Source of the DNA: Candidatus Bathyarchaeota archaeon
GTDB lineage: Archaea > Thermoproteota > Bathyarchaeia > Bathyarchaeales > Bathycorpusculaceae
Direction of reading: 5' to 3'
DNA length: 64,000 nt
Assembly: GCA_018396875.1 (NCBI GenBank)
Contig: JAGTQG010000002.1
Span: forward strand, 3,638-67,637
The translations under genes were made by a program, and so were the position numbers. Of the stretch, positions 54,676 through 63,901 are shown piece after piece. Position 1 is the first letter of the stretch. Every line of letters begins with the position of its first letter. Below the pieces are notes generated by a model that had not been told where the DNA came from, searched no databases, and was given only the letters and a program-made list of their open reading frames with translations.

Positions 54676-55365
54676 TTATACGCGAAGAACAACGTTCCCC
54701 ACGTATTTTCTCAGCATTTCAGCGAATCCGGCAAGCACATCCGGCGGGTATGGTTGTAGGTTTTTGTATTCTTCGCTTAACGTGTCGCCTGGTATGAACT
54801 GTTGTAAGGCGTAGTTTTTGGCGCCTTTGGCTATTTCGCCCATGCGGGTTATGTCTGCCTCCTCAACGATTTTTGGCACAACAGTGGTTCTGAACTCGTA
54901 TTCAACTTTTCCAGCTTTCAGCAGCTCAATGGTTTTTAGAAGCGCGCTTGTTTCCTCCGTTCCCAAAAGGTGGTATTTTTCCGGCGAGGTTTTGAGGTCT
55001 AAAGCCACATAATCCAAGTAGGGAAGGCATTCTTCCAGCACTGTTGGGTTTAAGCCGTTCGTGTCCAGCTTAACAGCGAAACCGCGCTCCTTAAGCCTTC
55101 TTAAGAAGCGGGGCAGCTCTTTGTGGATGGTTGGCTCGCCGCCTGTCACGACAACGGCGTCCACATATTTCTTGCGTTCATCCAAGATTTGGAGGGCTGC
55201 TTCCTCGTTAAGGAAGGGTGGCTGTGGGTTGACTACTATACGCCAGTTATAGCAGTATGGGCAACGCAAATTGCAGCCCGGCGTGAACAAAACCGCTGCC
55301 ACTCGATCCGGATAGTCTATTAGGCTTGTTTTTTGCAGCCCACTGAACTTCATTTGGGCGGTCAC
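54676..55365 (-). CDS. nrdG: anaerobic ribonucleoside-triphosphate reductase activating protein (radical SAM)
   Basis: GCNLRCPYCYN CxxxCxxC motif, VVTGGEP. ATGA-type 4-nt overlap with nrdD. Confidence 0.85.
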   Translation of the reverse strand: MTAQMKFSGLQKTSLIDYPDRVAAVLFTPGCNLRCPYCYNWRIVVNPQPPFLNEEAALQILDERKKYVDAVVVTGGEPTIHKELPRFLRRLKERGFAVKLDTNGLNPTVLEECLPYLDYVALDLKTSPEKYHLLGTEETSALLKTIELLKAGKVEYEFRTTVVPKIVEEADITRMGEIAKGAKNYALQQFIPGDTLSEEYKNLQPYPPDVLAGFAEMLRKYVGNVVLRV

Positions 55366-57485
55366 CGGGCTGCCACGGCTTGAGGCGTAATAACAGCTTT
55401 TTCAAATGTTCTGCGTATGGCGAATTCAGCTTGTTTCCCGTCGTTCCACTGGTCTACTGGGCGGAGGTAGCCCACAACCCTCGAGTAAACTTCGCAGCGG
55501 GCTCCACACTTGGGGCATTGCTTGTGTTCTCCACTCATGTAGCCATGGGTTGGGCAGACGCTAAAGGTCGGCGTCAACGAGAAGTAGGGTATGCGGAAGT
55601 TCCATGTTACTTTGCGGATGAGTTCCGCCGCTGACTTCCAAGAGTGTAGGCGTTCGCCCAGATATATGTGAAAGACTGTTCCACCCGTGTAAAGGGGTTG
55701 AAGCTTATCCTGGTGTTCTAAAGCCTCAAAGAGATCTGCATCGTGGTCCACGGGTAGTTGTGAAGAGTTTGTGTAGAATGGTTCAGCGCCCTTAGCTAAA
55801 TACTTCTCATTCGCCACAATTATGTCTGGATATTTGCGCTTATCTATGCGGGCTAGACGGTAGCTGGCACCTTCAGCTGGGGTTGCCTCCAAATTGTAGA
55901 TGTTGCCCGTTTCCTCTTGAAAGTCGGCGAGTTTCTCCCTCATGAAGTTTAAAACTTTCACGGCGAATTCGAGGCCTTCTGGCGTGGCTATGCTGTAGCC
56001 GAAAAGGTTTAGAATAGCTTCATTCATGCCCACTAAGCCTATGGTTGAGAAGTGGTTTTTCCAGTATTTTCCAAAGGTTTCTTTCACGCCCCGGAGATAC
56101 CGCTTCGAGTACGGGTATAGGCCTTTCTCCGTGAACTGTTCCAAGACTTTGCGTTTTATTTCTAGGCTGTCCTTTGCGAGTTCCATGAGCGCCTCTAACC
56201 GTTCGAAGAATTCGTCTTCGTCTTTGGCTAGGTAGCCGATTCTTGGAAGGTTTAGGGTTACAACGCCAATGCTGCCTGTCAGCGGGTTAGCGCCAAAAAA
56301 GCCTCCGCCGCGTTTGCGGAGTTCCCTGTTGTCTATTCTTAGGCGGCAGCACATGCTGCGGACATCTTCGGGTTTCATGTCGCTGTTAACAAAATTCGAG
56401 AAGTAAGGCGCTCCATATTTCGCGGCTACTTCGAAGATTTTCTGGGAAACAGGCGAATCCCAGTCGAAATCCTTAGTTATGCAGTAAGTTGGAATTGGGA
56501 AGGTGAAAACTCTTCCTTTGGCGTCGCCTTTGCTGAGGACTTCTGCAAAAGCAAGGTTAAACATTTCCATCTCTTTTTCCATGTCGCCGTAAGTGGCGTC
56601 CATGACTTTCCCGCCAATTATGACGGGTTCGTCTTTCATGAACTCTGGCACTTCCAAGTCTAGAGTCACATTTGTGAAGGGTGTCTGAAAGCCCACACGG
56701 GTCGGCACATTCATGTTGAAGAAGAACTCTTGAAGGGATTGCTCCACCTCTTTCTGGCTTAAACCATCATAGCGAATGAAAGGCGCAAGGTAAGTGTCAA
56801 AGTTTGAAAAGGCTTGAGCGCCAGCCGCCTCGCCCTGCAACGTGTAGAAGAAGTTTACCACTTGACCTAGGGCTGTTCTAAAATGTTTAGCTGGAGTGCT
56901 TTCAATTTTGCCCGGCACGCCTCCGAAACCGGTTAACAGCAAGTCTTTTATGTCCCAGCCCACGCAGTACGGTCCAAGTACGCCTAAGTCGTGGATGTGA
57001 AAGTCGCCTGAAAAGTGGGCTTCAGCCACGTTGGGCGGGTATATGCGGCTTATCCAGTATTTGGCGATAACCGTAGACGACAAATAGTTGTTTAAGCCCT
57101 GCAACGAATAGCTCATGTTAGAGTTTTCTTTAACCCGCCAGTCCTCCATCTCCAAATACTGATCCACAAGGTCTGCTTGGCTTAGGAGGGCGGCTAATTC
57201 CCGTATGTCTTGGTGCTGTTTACGATATAGAATGTAGGCTTTGGCGGTTCTCGCGTGACCGTTCTCTATCAAAACCTTTTCCACAACGTCTTGGATTTCC
57301 TCAACTGTGGGGACGCCGTCCTCGCCGAACCGCTTCTTGAGTTCAGCAACCACCTGGTCGCTTAGTTTTTTGGCTAGTTCGCGGTCTTTTCCACCAACCG
57401 CCTTGGCAGCCTTCCAAATAGCATTTGTTATTCGTTCTTGGTCGAAGGGTTCGAGTCTTCCATCACGCTTTCTAACAAACTTCAA
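55362..57485 (-). CDS. nrdD: anaerobic (class III) ribonucleoside-triphosphate reductase
   Basis: N-terminal ATP-cone (VRKRDGRLEPFDQERI), C-terminal zinc ribbon CPTHG...CPKCG and glycyl-radical motif SRVVGYLRPV. The TTG start overlaps the nrdR stop (TTGA). Confidence 0.95.
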   Translation of the reverse strand: MKFVRKRDGRLEPFDQERITNAIWKAAKAVGGKDRELAKKLSDQVVAELKKRFGEDGVPTVEEIQDVVEKVLIENGHARTAKAYILYRKQHQDIRELAALLSQADLVDQYLEMEDWRVKENSNMSYSLQGLNNYLSSTVIAKYWISRIYPPNVAEAHFSGDFHIHDLGVLGPYCVGWDIKDLLLTGFGGVPGKIESTPAKHFRTALGQVVNFFYTLQGEAAGAQAFSNFDTYLAPFIRYDGLSQKEVEQSLQEFFFNMNVPTRVGFQTPFTNVTLDLEVPEFMKDEPVIIGGKVMDATYGDMEKEMEMFNLAFAEVLSKGDAKGRVFTFPIPTYCITKDFDWDSPVSQKIFEVAAKYGAPYFSNFVNSDMKPEDVRSMCCRLRIDNRELRKRGGGFFGANPLTGSIGVVTLNLPRIGYLAKDEDEFFERLEALMELAKDSLEIKRKVLEQFTEKGLYPYSKRYLRGVKETFGKYWKNHFSTIGLVGMNEAILNLFGYSIATPEGLEFAVKVLNFMREKLADFQEETGNIYNLEATPAEGASYRLARIDKRKYPDIIVANEKYLAKGAEPFYTNSSQLPVDHDADLFEALEHQDKLQPLYTGGTVFHIYLGERLHSWKSAAELIRKVTWNFRIPYFSLTPTFSVCPTHGYMSGEHKQCPKCGARCEVYSRVVGYLRPVDQWNDGKQAEFAIRRTFEKAVITPQAVAAR

Positions 57486-57949
57486 GTTTTATTCACCTCT
57501 TGGAGCACGCGACGGAAGTCTTCTGGCTCCTCAAATCTGCGGTATACGGAGGCGAAGCGCACATAGGCTACACGGTCAAGGTTTTTAAGGTGTTTCATGA
57601 CTAAGTCGCCGATTTCTTGGGAGGACACTTCTTCCTTGCCAAGCTGCATGAGTTCCTGTCTAACCCTCTCCGCTAGGGAGCGAATCTGCTCCATGGTTAC
57701 TGGCCGTTTTTCGCAGGCCTTCTGTAAACCTCTAATGATTTTGTTTAGGTCGAAGCGTTCAAGTCTGCCGTCGCGTTTCCGCACCATCAGCTCGATGGTT
57801 TCTATATACTCATATGTGGTGAAGCGTCTCCCACAGTTGCCGCATTCCTTGCGTCTTCTTATGGTGTTGTCTGCGGAATCGCGGGTTTCAAGGGTTTTAA
57901 TGTTTTCTGAGCCGCAGTATGGACATTTCATGGAGCCTTTACATCCCAT
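57482..57949 (-). CDS. nrdR: transcriptional repressor NrdR
   Basis: MKCPYCGS ... CGNCGRRFTTYE zinc ribbon plus ATP-cone (VRKRDGRLERFD). The start is ATG 57949 or ATG 57931 (MKCPYCG). Confidence 0.9.
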   Translation of the reverse strand: MGCKGSMKCPYCGSENIKTLETRDSADNTIRRRKECGNCGRRFTTYEYIETIELMVRKRDGRLERFDLNKIIRGLQKACEKRPVTMEQIRSLAERVRQELMQLGKEEVSSQEIGDLVMKHLKNLDRVAYVRFASVYRRFEEPEDFRRVLQEVNKT

Positions 57950-58004
57950 TAAGACTTCACGTCGCGTGCCAAATAAACTTTTAGTGTTTTAAAGCTAATT
58001 TCAT

Positions 58005-58020
58005 GCACTAAATGTAGTGG
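58005..58020. promoter_or_regulatory. candidate NrdR box upstream of nrdR-nrdD-nrdG
   Basis: GCACTAAATGTAGTGG matches 12 of 16 positions of the recalled NrdR consensus acaCwAtATaTwGtgt, including all strongly conserved positions. CACTA/TAGTG arms are separated by 4 nt. It lies 56-71 nt upstream of ATG 57949. Confidence 0.55.
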
Positions 58021-58224
58021 TGCTTTTAACAGTTTATGCAGCAAAAATTTAAAACAAAACATAAAACCAAAACCGAAAATATACAAAATTCAGTATCCTT
58101 ACAAACTAAAATAAAACCTAAAAATCATGTCTAAACGCAAGACTAGAACCGAAACAAAGCACAACGGTCAGAAAACCTTTTTAGAAATGTTTTCATGTAA
58201 GAGAAGCGCATAAACTCTTCGTAG

Positions 58225-58254
58225 AAAAACGAAAATTCATCAAAAAGTTAAAAG
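58225..58254 (-). terminator. cluster of oligo-T tracts (minus strand) after the ICMT-like gene
   Basis: Plus-strand runs aaaaa, aaaa, aaaaa and aaaa correspond to T4-T5 runs on the coding strand 27-56 nt after the stop at 58281. Confidence 0.35.
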
Positions 58255-58280
58255 CACAACGCAATTTGACAGCTAACCTT

Positions 58281-58970
58281 CTACGAGCTTCTGAAGACCG
58301 GAGGCGGTTCAGGGATAGACACGTAACATAAAATCATTACAAGGCTTAATGTTGTTATGTAAATGCACAAGACTGCTAGATATCTTCTGGTTTTCGACTT
58401 TGGAAATCTGACTGCTTGCTTGATAAATTTTGGTGTTTGGACGGGAAAGATAAACGGAACTTTCTGTCTGTATAAAAGGAATTTTTCTCCATATTTCTTT
58501 TCGAGGTCTCGCTCCTCATTGTCTGCCAACAAAACATAGCCGAAAACCAGCGTAATCCACATTATTAAAGAAGCTGGTCTAAGATTCATTAGGCTGAAGC
58601 CAAAAACGCCAACTATCAACCCGAAGTACTGGGGATGCCTCACAACAGAATACAAACCACGAGTTATAAGTCCCTTTCTCCGGTGTCTAAGAAACTGTAT
58701 GAACGACAAAAGGAACACTGTCACTCCTAACAGAGCAAGGATTCGTCCAACAATAGCCACATATGGGATGGTTATGTTACGCATGACAAGCCATCTGGTC
58801 TCCTCAAACCAGAGGAATGGGCTCCAAGGAGAAACTAGAAGAACATAAGCTCCAAATGGTGGAATCATCCATATAAGGTATGGGTTCATTGCACAAGCTA
58901 GGGCAGGGGACTGAAAAAACAACAACACTGCGGAGAATGTTCGCCTAAGCAGTCTCTTTAAATCCGACAA
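58281..58970 (-). CDS. isoprenylcysteine carboxyl methyltransferase (ICMT)/phospholipid methyltransferase-family membrane protein
   Basis: GLYSVVRHPQYFGLIVGVFGF plus a downstream EE...L..KYG..F..Y pattern. Polytopic membrane protein; TTG start. Confidence 0.65.
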   Translation of the reverse strand: MSDLKRLLRRTFSAVLLFFQSPALACAMNPYLIWMIPPFGAYVLLVSPWSPFLWFEETRWLVMRNITIPYVAIVGRILALLGVTVFLLSFIQFLRHRRKGLITRGLYSVVRHPQYFGLIVGVFGFSLMNLRPASLIMWITLVFGYVLLADNEERDLEKKYGEKFLLYRQKVPFIFPVQTPKFIKQAVRFPKSKTRRYLAVLCIYITTLSLVMILCYVSIPEPPPVFRSS

Positions 58971-59031
58971 ACGAGCGTCGCCCCCTACGGCCGTTCAGAA
59001 TTAACATGACGCAAGTGCCTATAAATCCAGA

Positions 59032-59108
59032 GTTTAGAACGGGAAAGATGTTCTAAACGACCATTATTGGGCGGAGTTTCCTGTAAAAGCATTTTCTTCG
59101 TTCTAAAC
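59032..59108. repeat. three copies of a 9-mer: GTTTAGAAC (59032-59040), its reverse complement GTTCTAAAC (59050-59058) and GTTCTAAAC again (59100-59108)
   Basis: Read directly. The first two copies form a perfect inverted repeat with a 9-nt spacer. All three sit in the divergent 206-bp spacer between 58970 (minus) and 59177 (plus). Confidence 0.4.
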
Positions 59109-59176
59109 TTTAGAATTATATACGATAATCGATCAACAATATTTGAGGAATTGAGCTGTCAGCGTCTAGCAAAATT

Positions 59177-59509
59177 TTGGTTTTCGTTATTCTAGCGGCT
59201 TTTTCGCTGTATGTAACGCTCTACACCATTTCAGCTTACCAGGTAGCCAATAGGTGGGCGTTTGACGGTAACTGGTTGTGTTCGGGAGGCGTAACATTTT
59301 TCCCGTGGCCTAGGGGCCCTCAAGGTGTTTATGTTCCGATAATTACCAAAATGAACCCTATGGACGAGTTCATCCATTTATACCTCATAAAGACGGGGGT
59401 CTTAGTCTTTGTTTGCTTGGTTTTATGGCTGGTCGCGGCGGTTTACTTCTTTAGGGCTGTTCTGCCTTTGATAGAAACTTGGAGAACAAGCAGGAGACAT
59501 GTGAGGTAA
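59177..59509 (+). CDS. small hypothetical membrane protein
   Basis: 110 aa with 3 hydrophobic segments. TTG start. No family recognised. Confidence 0.4.
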   Translation: MVFVILAAFSLYVTLYTISAYQVANRWAFDGNWLCSGGVTFFPWPRGPQGVYVPIITKMNPMDEFIHLYLIKTGVLVFVCLVLWLVAAVYFFRAVLPLIETWRTSRRHVR

Positions 59510-59515
59510 GCCTTG

Positions 59516-60694
59516 TCAGATTTTTTCTAGGGCTTGTTCTAGGTCGGCGATTATGTCTTCCGCGTCTTCTATGCCGAGGGCTAAACGCACAAGCTGGTCT
59601 GTTATGCCTAGCTTTTGGCGTTGTTCTGGGGTTATGAAGTAGTGGGACGAGGTGGCTGGTTGTGTAGCCAATGTTTCTGTTCCACCTAGGCTGGCGGCTA
59701 AAAGGCATAACTTAAGGTTTTCAACAAACCTCACAGTTTTTTCAAAGTCTCCTTTAATTTCGAAGCTTACGACTCCGCCGTAGCCGCGCATCTGTTTTTT
59801 GGCAAGTTCATGTTGCGGGTGGCTTGGCAGCCCGGGATAATAGACTTTGGCGATTTTTGGATGATTTGCCAAAAACTGGGCGACTTGCATGCCGTTTTGA
59901 TTGTGTTTTTCCATCCTTAGGGCTAGGGTTTTTAAGCCCCGCAACAACAGCCAAGCAGCCACTGGATCAAGGGTTCCGCCAAAAATTTTCCTTGTCTTTT
60001 TCAGTTTTTGGATGAACTCCCTCGAGCCGCAAACTATTCCGGCAGTCACATCGTTGTGTCCGCCGAGGTATTTGGTGGCGCTGTGTACAACCACGTCTAT
60101 GCCAAACTTTAGCGGTTGAAGATTGTAGGGCGACGCAAGCGTGCTGTCCACTATGGTGGTTATCCCTTTCTTTTTGGCTGCGACAGCCAGCCGATGCAAG
60201 TCCACAATCTTCAATGTAGGGTTTGTTGGAGTCTCAACATAAACAACCCGCGTGTTCCTTTTTATGGCGTTTTCCACCTCAATGTGGTTTGACGCATCCA
60301 CGAGGCTTACTTCAACGCCGAATTTTGGAAGGACCTCTTGGAAAAAGGTTAGGGTTCCACCGTAAAGGTCCATGGACGCCACAACGTGGTCGCCGCTTGA
60401 AACCAACGTTAAAATTGTGGTTGTTATTGCCGCCATGCCGGATGAAAAGGCTGCCGCGTCTTCCGCATTCTCCAGAATAGCCATCTTCTGCTCTACAGCC
60501 CTCACCGTGGGGTTGTCAAACCTTGTGTAAAGGTAGCCTTCCGCCTTCTCGCTTATAACATCAATAAGCCTTTTCGTGCTCGTGAAGGCAAAAACGGAGG
60601 TTTCGTAGATTGGCGTGGAAACAGCGCCAACACTGTCTGGTTTTTCTCCACCCCGCACAGCTTTCGTTGAAAAACCAAACTCTTTGGAAGCCAT
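59516..60694 (-). CDS. Cys/Met-metabolism PLP-dependent enzyme (cystathionine gamma-synthase / O-acetylhomoserine sulfhydrylase / methionine gamma-lyase family)
   Basis: VVHSATKYLGGHNDV (PLP-Lys), DLYGGT, LAASLGGTETL. ATG 60694 follows AAGGTG and is preferred over GTG 60703. Confidence 0.85.
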   Translation of the reverse strand: MASKEFGFSTKAVRGGEKPDSVGAVSTPIYETSVFAFTSTKRLIDVISEKAEGYLYTRFDNPTVRAVEQKMAILENAEDAAAFSSGMAAITTTILTLVSSGDHVVASMDLYGGTLTFFQEVLPKFGVEVSLVDASNHIEVENAIKRNTRVVYVETPTNPTLKIVDLHRLAVAAKKKGITTIVDSTLASPYNLQPLKFGIDVVVHSATKYLGGHNDVTAGIVCGSREFIQKLKKTRKIFGGTLDPVAAWLLLRGLKTLALRMEKHNQNGMQVAQFLANHPKIAKVYYPGLPSHPQHELAKKQMRGYGGVVSFEIKGDFEKTVRFVENLKLCLLAASLGGTETLATQPATSSHYFITPEQRQKLGITDQLVRLALGIEDAEDIIADLEQALEKI

Positions 60695-60801
60695 CAACAG
60701 CACCTTCTCGACAAGGTTTCATGCTTGTTTAAGAAATAACTTTTTAGGCTTGACGCAGATATTTTAGTCAAAAACTGGTTATACACGAGGGTTAGTACAG
60801 C

Positions 60802-62484
60802 ATGTTTGACAAGCAGAAGATTGAGGAAATAGCCAAAGAAAGAGAACGCTGGGAAAAATCAACACTGCCAAACTGGATTAAACAGTGTCCGGAACGCCAA
60901 AAAGAGTTCAAAAACCATTCAGGCATGACCATTAAGGGCTTGTACACGCCCGAAGACATCAAAGACATGGATTACATGCGGGATTTAGGGTTTCCAGGCG
61001 AATACCCGTTCACGCGGGGTTTGCACGCCACCATGTATCGTGGACGACTTTGGACAATGCGCATGTTCGCCGGATACGGCACAGCCGAAGACACAAACAA
61101 GCGGTTCAAATACTTGCTAAGCGAGGGTGAAACCGGGCTGAGCACGGCTTTTGACTATCCGACAATAATGGGTTATGATTCTGACCATCCCATGGCGCGA
61201 GGGGAAGTCGGCGTCTGCGGGGTAGCCATATCTTCTCTGCAGGACATGGAGATTCTGTTTGACGGCATACCCCTAGACAAGGTTACTACTTCCATGACTA
61301 TTAATGGTCCAGCCTCCGTTTTGCTGGCTATGTATGTTGCTGTCGGCGACAAGCAAGGTGTGCCACGCGAAAAGCTTGGAGGCACAACCCAAAACGACAA
61401 CCTGAAAGAGTTTTTCGCCCAAAAACTCTGCATTTTCCCGCCCAAACCATCCTTGAAGCTTTCAGTGGACGTTATCGAGTTTTGTGCTAGACACCTGCCT
61501 AAATGGAACCCCATCAGCATAAGCGGCTACCACATCCGCGAGGCAGGCGCCACCGCCGTTCAAGAGTTGGCGTTCACCCTCTGCGACGCTATAGCCTACG
61601 TGGAGGAAACCCTCAAGCGAGGCTTGAAAGTGGACGAGTTTGCACCGCGCCTATCGTTCTTCTTCGCGTCCCACAACGACTTTTTCGAGGAAATAGCCAA
61701 ATTCAGGGCGGCTAGGCGTTTGTGGGCTAGGATCATGAAGGAGCGCTTCCACGCCAAAAACCCGCGGTCAATGTGGATGCGCATGCACGTGCAAACTTCA
61801 GGCTGCACCTTGACGGCGCAGCAGCCCCTAAACAACATTGTCCGCACAACAATTCAGGCTTTAGCCGCCGTGCTGGGTGGAACCCAATCCTTGCACACAA
61901 ACTCTTTCGACGAGGCTTTATGCTTGCCCACAGAGGAATCCGTGCGCGTGGCGCTTAGAACCCAGCAGATAATCGCCTACGAAAGCGGTGTAGCAAACAC
62001 TGTAGATCCGCTTGCCGGCTCCTATTATGTGGAGGCTTTGACGAATGAGATGGAGGAGAAAGCCATGGAGTACATTCAAAAGGTGGACGACATGGGCGGC
62101 GCCATAGCTGCCATAGAAAAGGGGTTCTTCCAAAGGGAAATAGCCGACGCCGCTTACCGATACCAGAAGGAGATAGAGGAGAAAAAACGCATAATTGTGG
62201 GCGTAAACGAATACGTCGTAGAGGGCGAGGAAATTCCAATAAAGCTTTTGAGGGTTGACCCAAGCGTCGAGAAAAAGCAGATTGAACGACTCCAGAAACT
62301 GCGACGGGAACGTGACAACAGAAAAGTCAAAGAGGTACTTGAAAAGCTTCACTATGCTGCTGAGAAAGACGAAAATCTTATGCCGACGATTATTGAGGCT
62401 GTTAAGGCTTACGCCACCCTAGGCGAAATAATGGATGTGCTGCGAAAAGTTTACGGAGAATATAAAGAGCTAATTATAATTTGA
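60802..62484 (+). CDS. mcmA: methylmalonyl-CoA mutase, large (catalytic) subunit
   Basis: [64 protein letters not shown]. Confidence 0.95.
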   Translation: MFDKQKIEEIAKERERWEKSTLPNWIKQCPERQKEFKNHSGMTIKGLYTPEDIKDMDYMRDLGFPGEYPFTRGLHATMYRGRLWTMRMFAGYGTAEDTNKRFKYLLSEGETGLSTAFDYPTIMGYDSDHPMARGEVGVCGVAISSLQDMEILFDGIPLDKVTTSMTINGPASVLLAMYVAVGDKQGVPREKLGGTTQNDNLKEFFAQKLCIFPPKPSLKLSVDVIEFCARHLPKWNPISISGYHIREAGATAVQELAFTLCDAIAYVEETLKRGLKVDEFAPRLSFFFASHNDFFEEIAKFRAARRLWARIMKERFHAKNPRSMWMRMHVQTSGCTLTAQQPLNNIVRTTIQALAAVLGGTQSLHTNSFDEALCLPTEESVRVALRTQQIIAYESGVANTVDPLAGSYYVEALTNEMEEKAMEYIQKVDDMGGAIAAIEKGFFQREIADAAYRYQKEIEEKKRIIVGVNEYVVEGEEIPIKLLRVDPSVEKKQIERLQKLRRERDNRKVKEVLEKLHYAAEKDENLMPTIIEAVKAYATLGEIMDVLRKVYGEYKELIII

Positions 62485-62512
62485 AATCTTGATAGGGAAT
62501 GAGGGAGGAAAC

Positions 62513-62935
62513 ATGCAAAGCGAAGGTAAAAGCGAAAGAAAAATTCGAGTTTTGATAGCCAAACCGGGGCTGGACAGCCATGATAGAGGCGCCAAAGTTG
62601 TGGCTAGAGCTTTACGTGACGCTGGGATGGAAGTCATCTACACTGGGCTTAGGCAGACTCCGGAGCAGATAGTTGAAACGGCTTTGCAGGAAGACGTGGA
62701 CGTTATAGGCTTGAGCATTTTGTCAGGCGCCCACATGGCGCTTTTCCCAAGAATCATGGAGCTCCTCAAGGAAAAGGGCTTAACAGACGTGCTGGTGTTC
62801 GCTGGAGGCATAATTCCAGAAGAGGACATCCCCGAACTCAAAAAGATTGGAATAAGAGAGGTTTTTGGACCCGGAACCCCCACGGACAAAATTGTTAAAT
62901 ACGTTTTGGAGAACGCTCCGAAGAGAGAACACTAG
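62513..62935 (+). CDS. methylmalonyl-CoA mutase, small cobalamin-binding subunit
   Basis: [23 protein letters not shown] (DxHxxG B12-binding motif), [12 protein letters not shown] 62513 follows GAGGGAGG. Confidence 0.9.
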   Translation: MQSEGKSERKIRVLIAKPGLDSHDRGAKVVARALRDAGMEVIYTGLRQTPEQIVETALQEDVDVIGLSILSGAHMALFPRIMELLKEKGLTDVLVFAGGIIPEEDIPELKKIGIREVFGPGTPTDKIVKYVLENAPKREH

Positions 62936-62948
62936 AAGAGTAAATGCC

Positions 62949-63896
62949 TTGTCAAAGGTTGAGGAAATAGCTAAAGGCGTGCTCGCCGGAGACAAACGAA
63001 GCATAGCCAAAGCCATAACCATAGTGGAAAACAAGCCAGAAGAAGCCCAAAGGCTCATTGCCGCCATTTACCCCCACACTGGAAAAGCCCACATTATTGG
63101 CTTAACTGGACCAGGCGGGGCTGGGAAAAGCACCCTCATCGAGAAAATGGTTCGCGAGTACAGGCGGAGAGGCAAAACTGTCGGCGTGATAGCTGTAGAC
63201 CCCACAAGCCCCTTCACCGGCGGCGCTTTCTTGGGCGATAGAATTCGCATGCAAGAACTAACCATGGACGAAGGCGTTTTTATACGGAGCATGGCGACCC
63301 GCAACAATCCGGGGGGCATAGCCAAAGCCACAAAGGACGCCGTGAAAATCTTGGATGCCGCTGGAAAAGACGTTATAATAGTGGAGACCGTGGGCGCCGG
63401 ACAGTCGGAAGTAGACATCGTCAAAGTCGCCCAGACGGTGGTTGTGGTGCACGCCCCTGGACTCGGCGACGAAATACAGGCAATCAAAGCGGGCTTAATG
63501 GAGATAGCCGACATATTCGTCGTGAACAAGGCGGATAGGGAAAACGCCGACAAAACCGTCATAGACATTCAAGCAGTGCTACAGCTCGACGACAGAGTGA
63601 AGGCTTGGAACCCGCCAATAGTGAAAACAGTCGCCGTAACGGGCGAAGGCGTACCACAACTTCTGGACAAGATAGAAGAGCACAGACAGTTCCTCCAGAG
63701 GGAGCTGTTGCAGAAAAGAAGCTGGGAAAAAGCCCAAGCCGAACTCGTCGAAGCGATAAGAGACAAAGTGACAAGCTCGATAATAGAGAAGCTTAAAAGG
63801 GAGAAACGGTTCGAGAAGATTCTCCAACAAATCGTTAACCGAGAAATAGACCCCGCCACAGCGGCGGAAAAACTTCTAAACCAAGAGATGGAGTAG
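62949..63896 (+). CDS. meaB: methylmalonyl-CoA mutase-associated GTPase MeaB/ArgK
   Basis: GLTGPGGAGKSTL P-loop, VETVGAGQSE, VVNKADR. The likely TTG start at 62949 lies 13 nt after the small-subunit stop; the 62865 extension overlaps the upstream gene. Confidence 0.9.
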   Translation: MSKVEEIAKGVLAGDKRSIAKAITIVENKPEEAQRLIAAIYPHTGKAHIIGLTGPGGAGKSTLIEKMVREYRRRGKTVGVIAVDPTSPFTGGAFLGDRIRMQELTMDEGVFIRSMATRNNPGGIAKATKDAVKILDAAGKDVIIVETVGAGQSEVDIVKVAQTVVVVHAPGLGDEIQAIKAGLMEIADIFVVNKADRENADKTVIDIQAVLQLDDRVKAWNPPIVKTVAVTGEGVPQLLDKIEEHRQFLQRELLQKRSWEKAQAELVEAIRDKVTSSIIEKLKREKRFEKILQQIVNREIDPATAAEKLLNQEME

Positions 63897-63901
63897 AGCG
63901 T

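Noticed and set aside
55362-57485. Checked NrdD (and the RecJ-like, MCM and SerRS genes) for inteins or gene disruption.
   Set aside because: The lengths are normal for each family and the conserved N- and C-terminal motifs are contiguous. No intein-like insertions or frameshifts were seen.
58127-58213. 28-codon basic micro-ORF (MSKRKTRTETKHNGQKTFLEMFSCKRSA) in the long spacer.
   Set aside because: It has no Shine-Dalgarno sequence or promoter-like context and no resemblance to small ribosomal proteins. Its A-rich composition alone produces Lys/Thr/Asn codons. It is kept only as a note inside the spacer finding.
58168-58242. Possible C/D box sRNA on the minus strand, with UGAUGA at 58237-58242 and CUGA at 58168-58171.
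   Set aside because: The boxes are about 65 nt apart, which is long for archaeal C/D sRNAs. No convincing internal C'/D' boxes are present. The flanking 10-mers are direct repeats rather than inverted, so no terminal stem or k-turn context can form.
57950-58280. AT-rich spacer considered as a replication origin.
   Set aside because: No orc1/cdc6 gene is nearby and no recognisable ORB/mini-ORB repeats are present. The AT-richness is largely explained by terminator T-tracts and the nrdR promoter.
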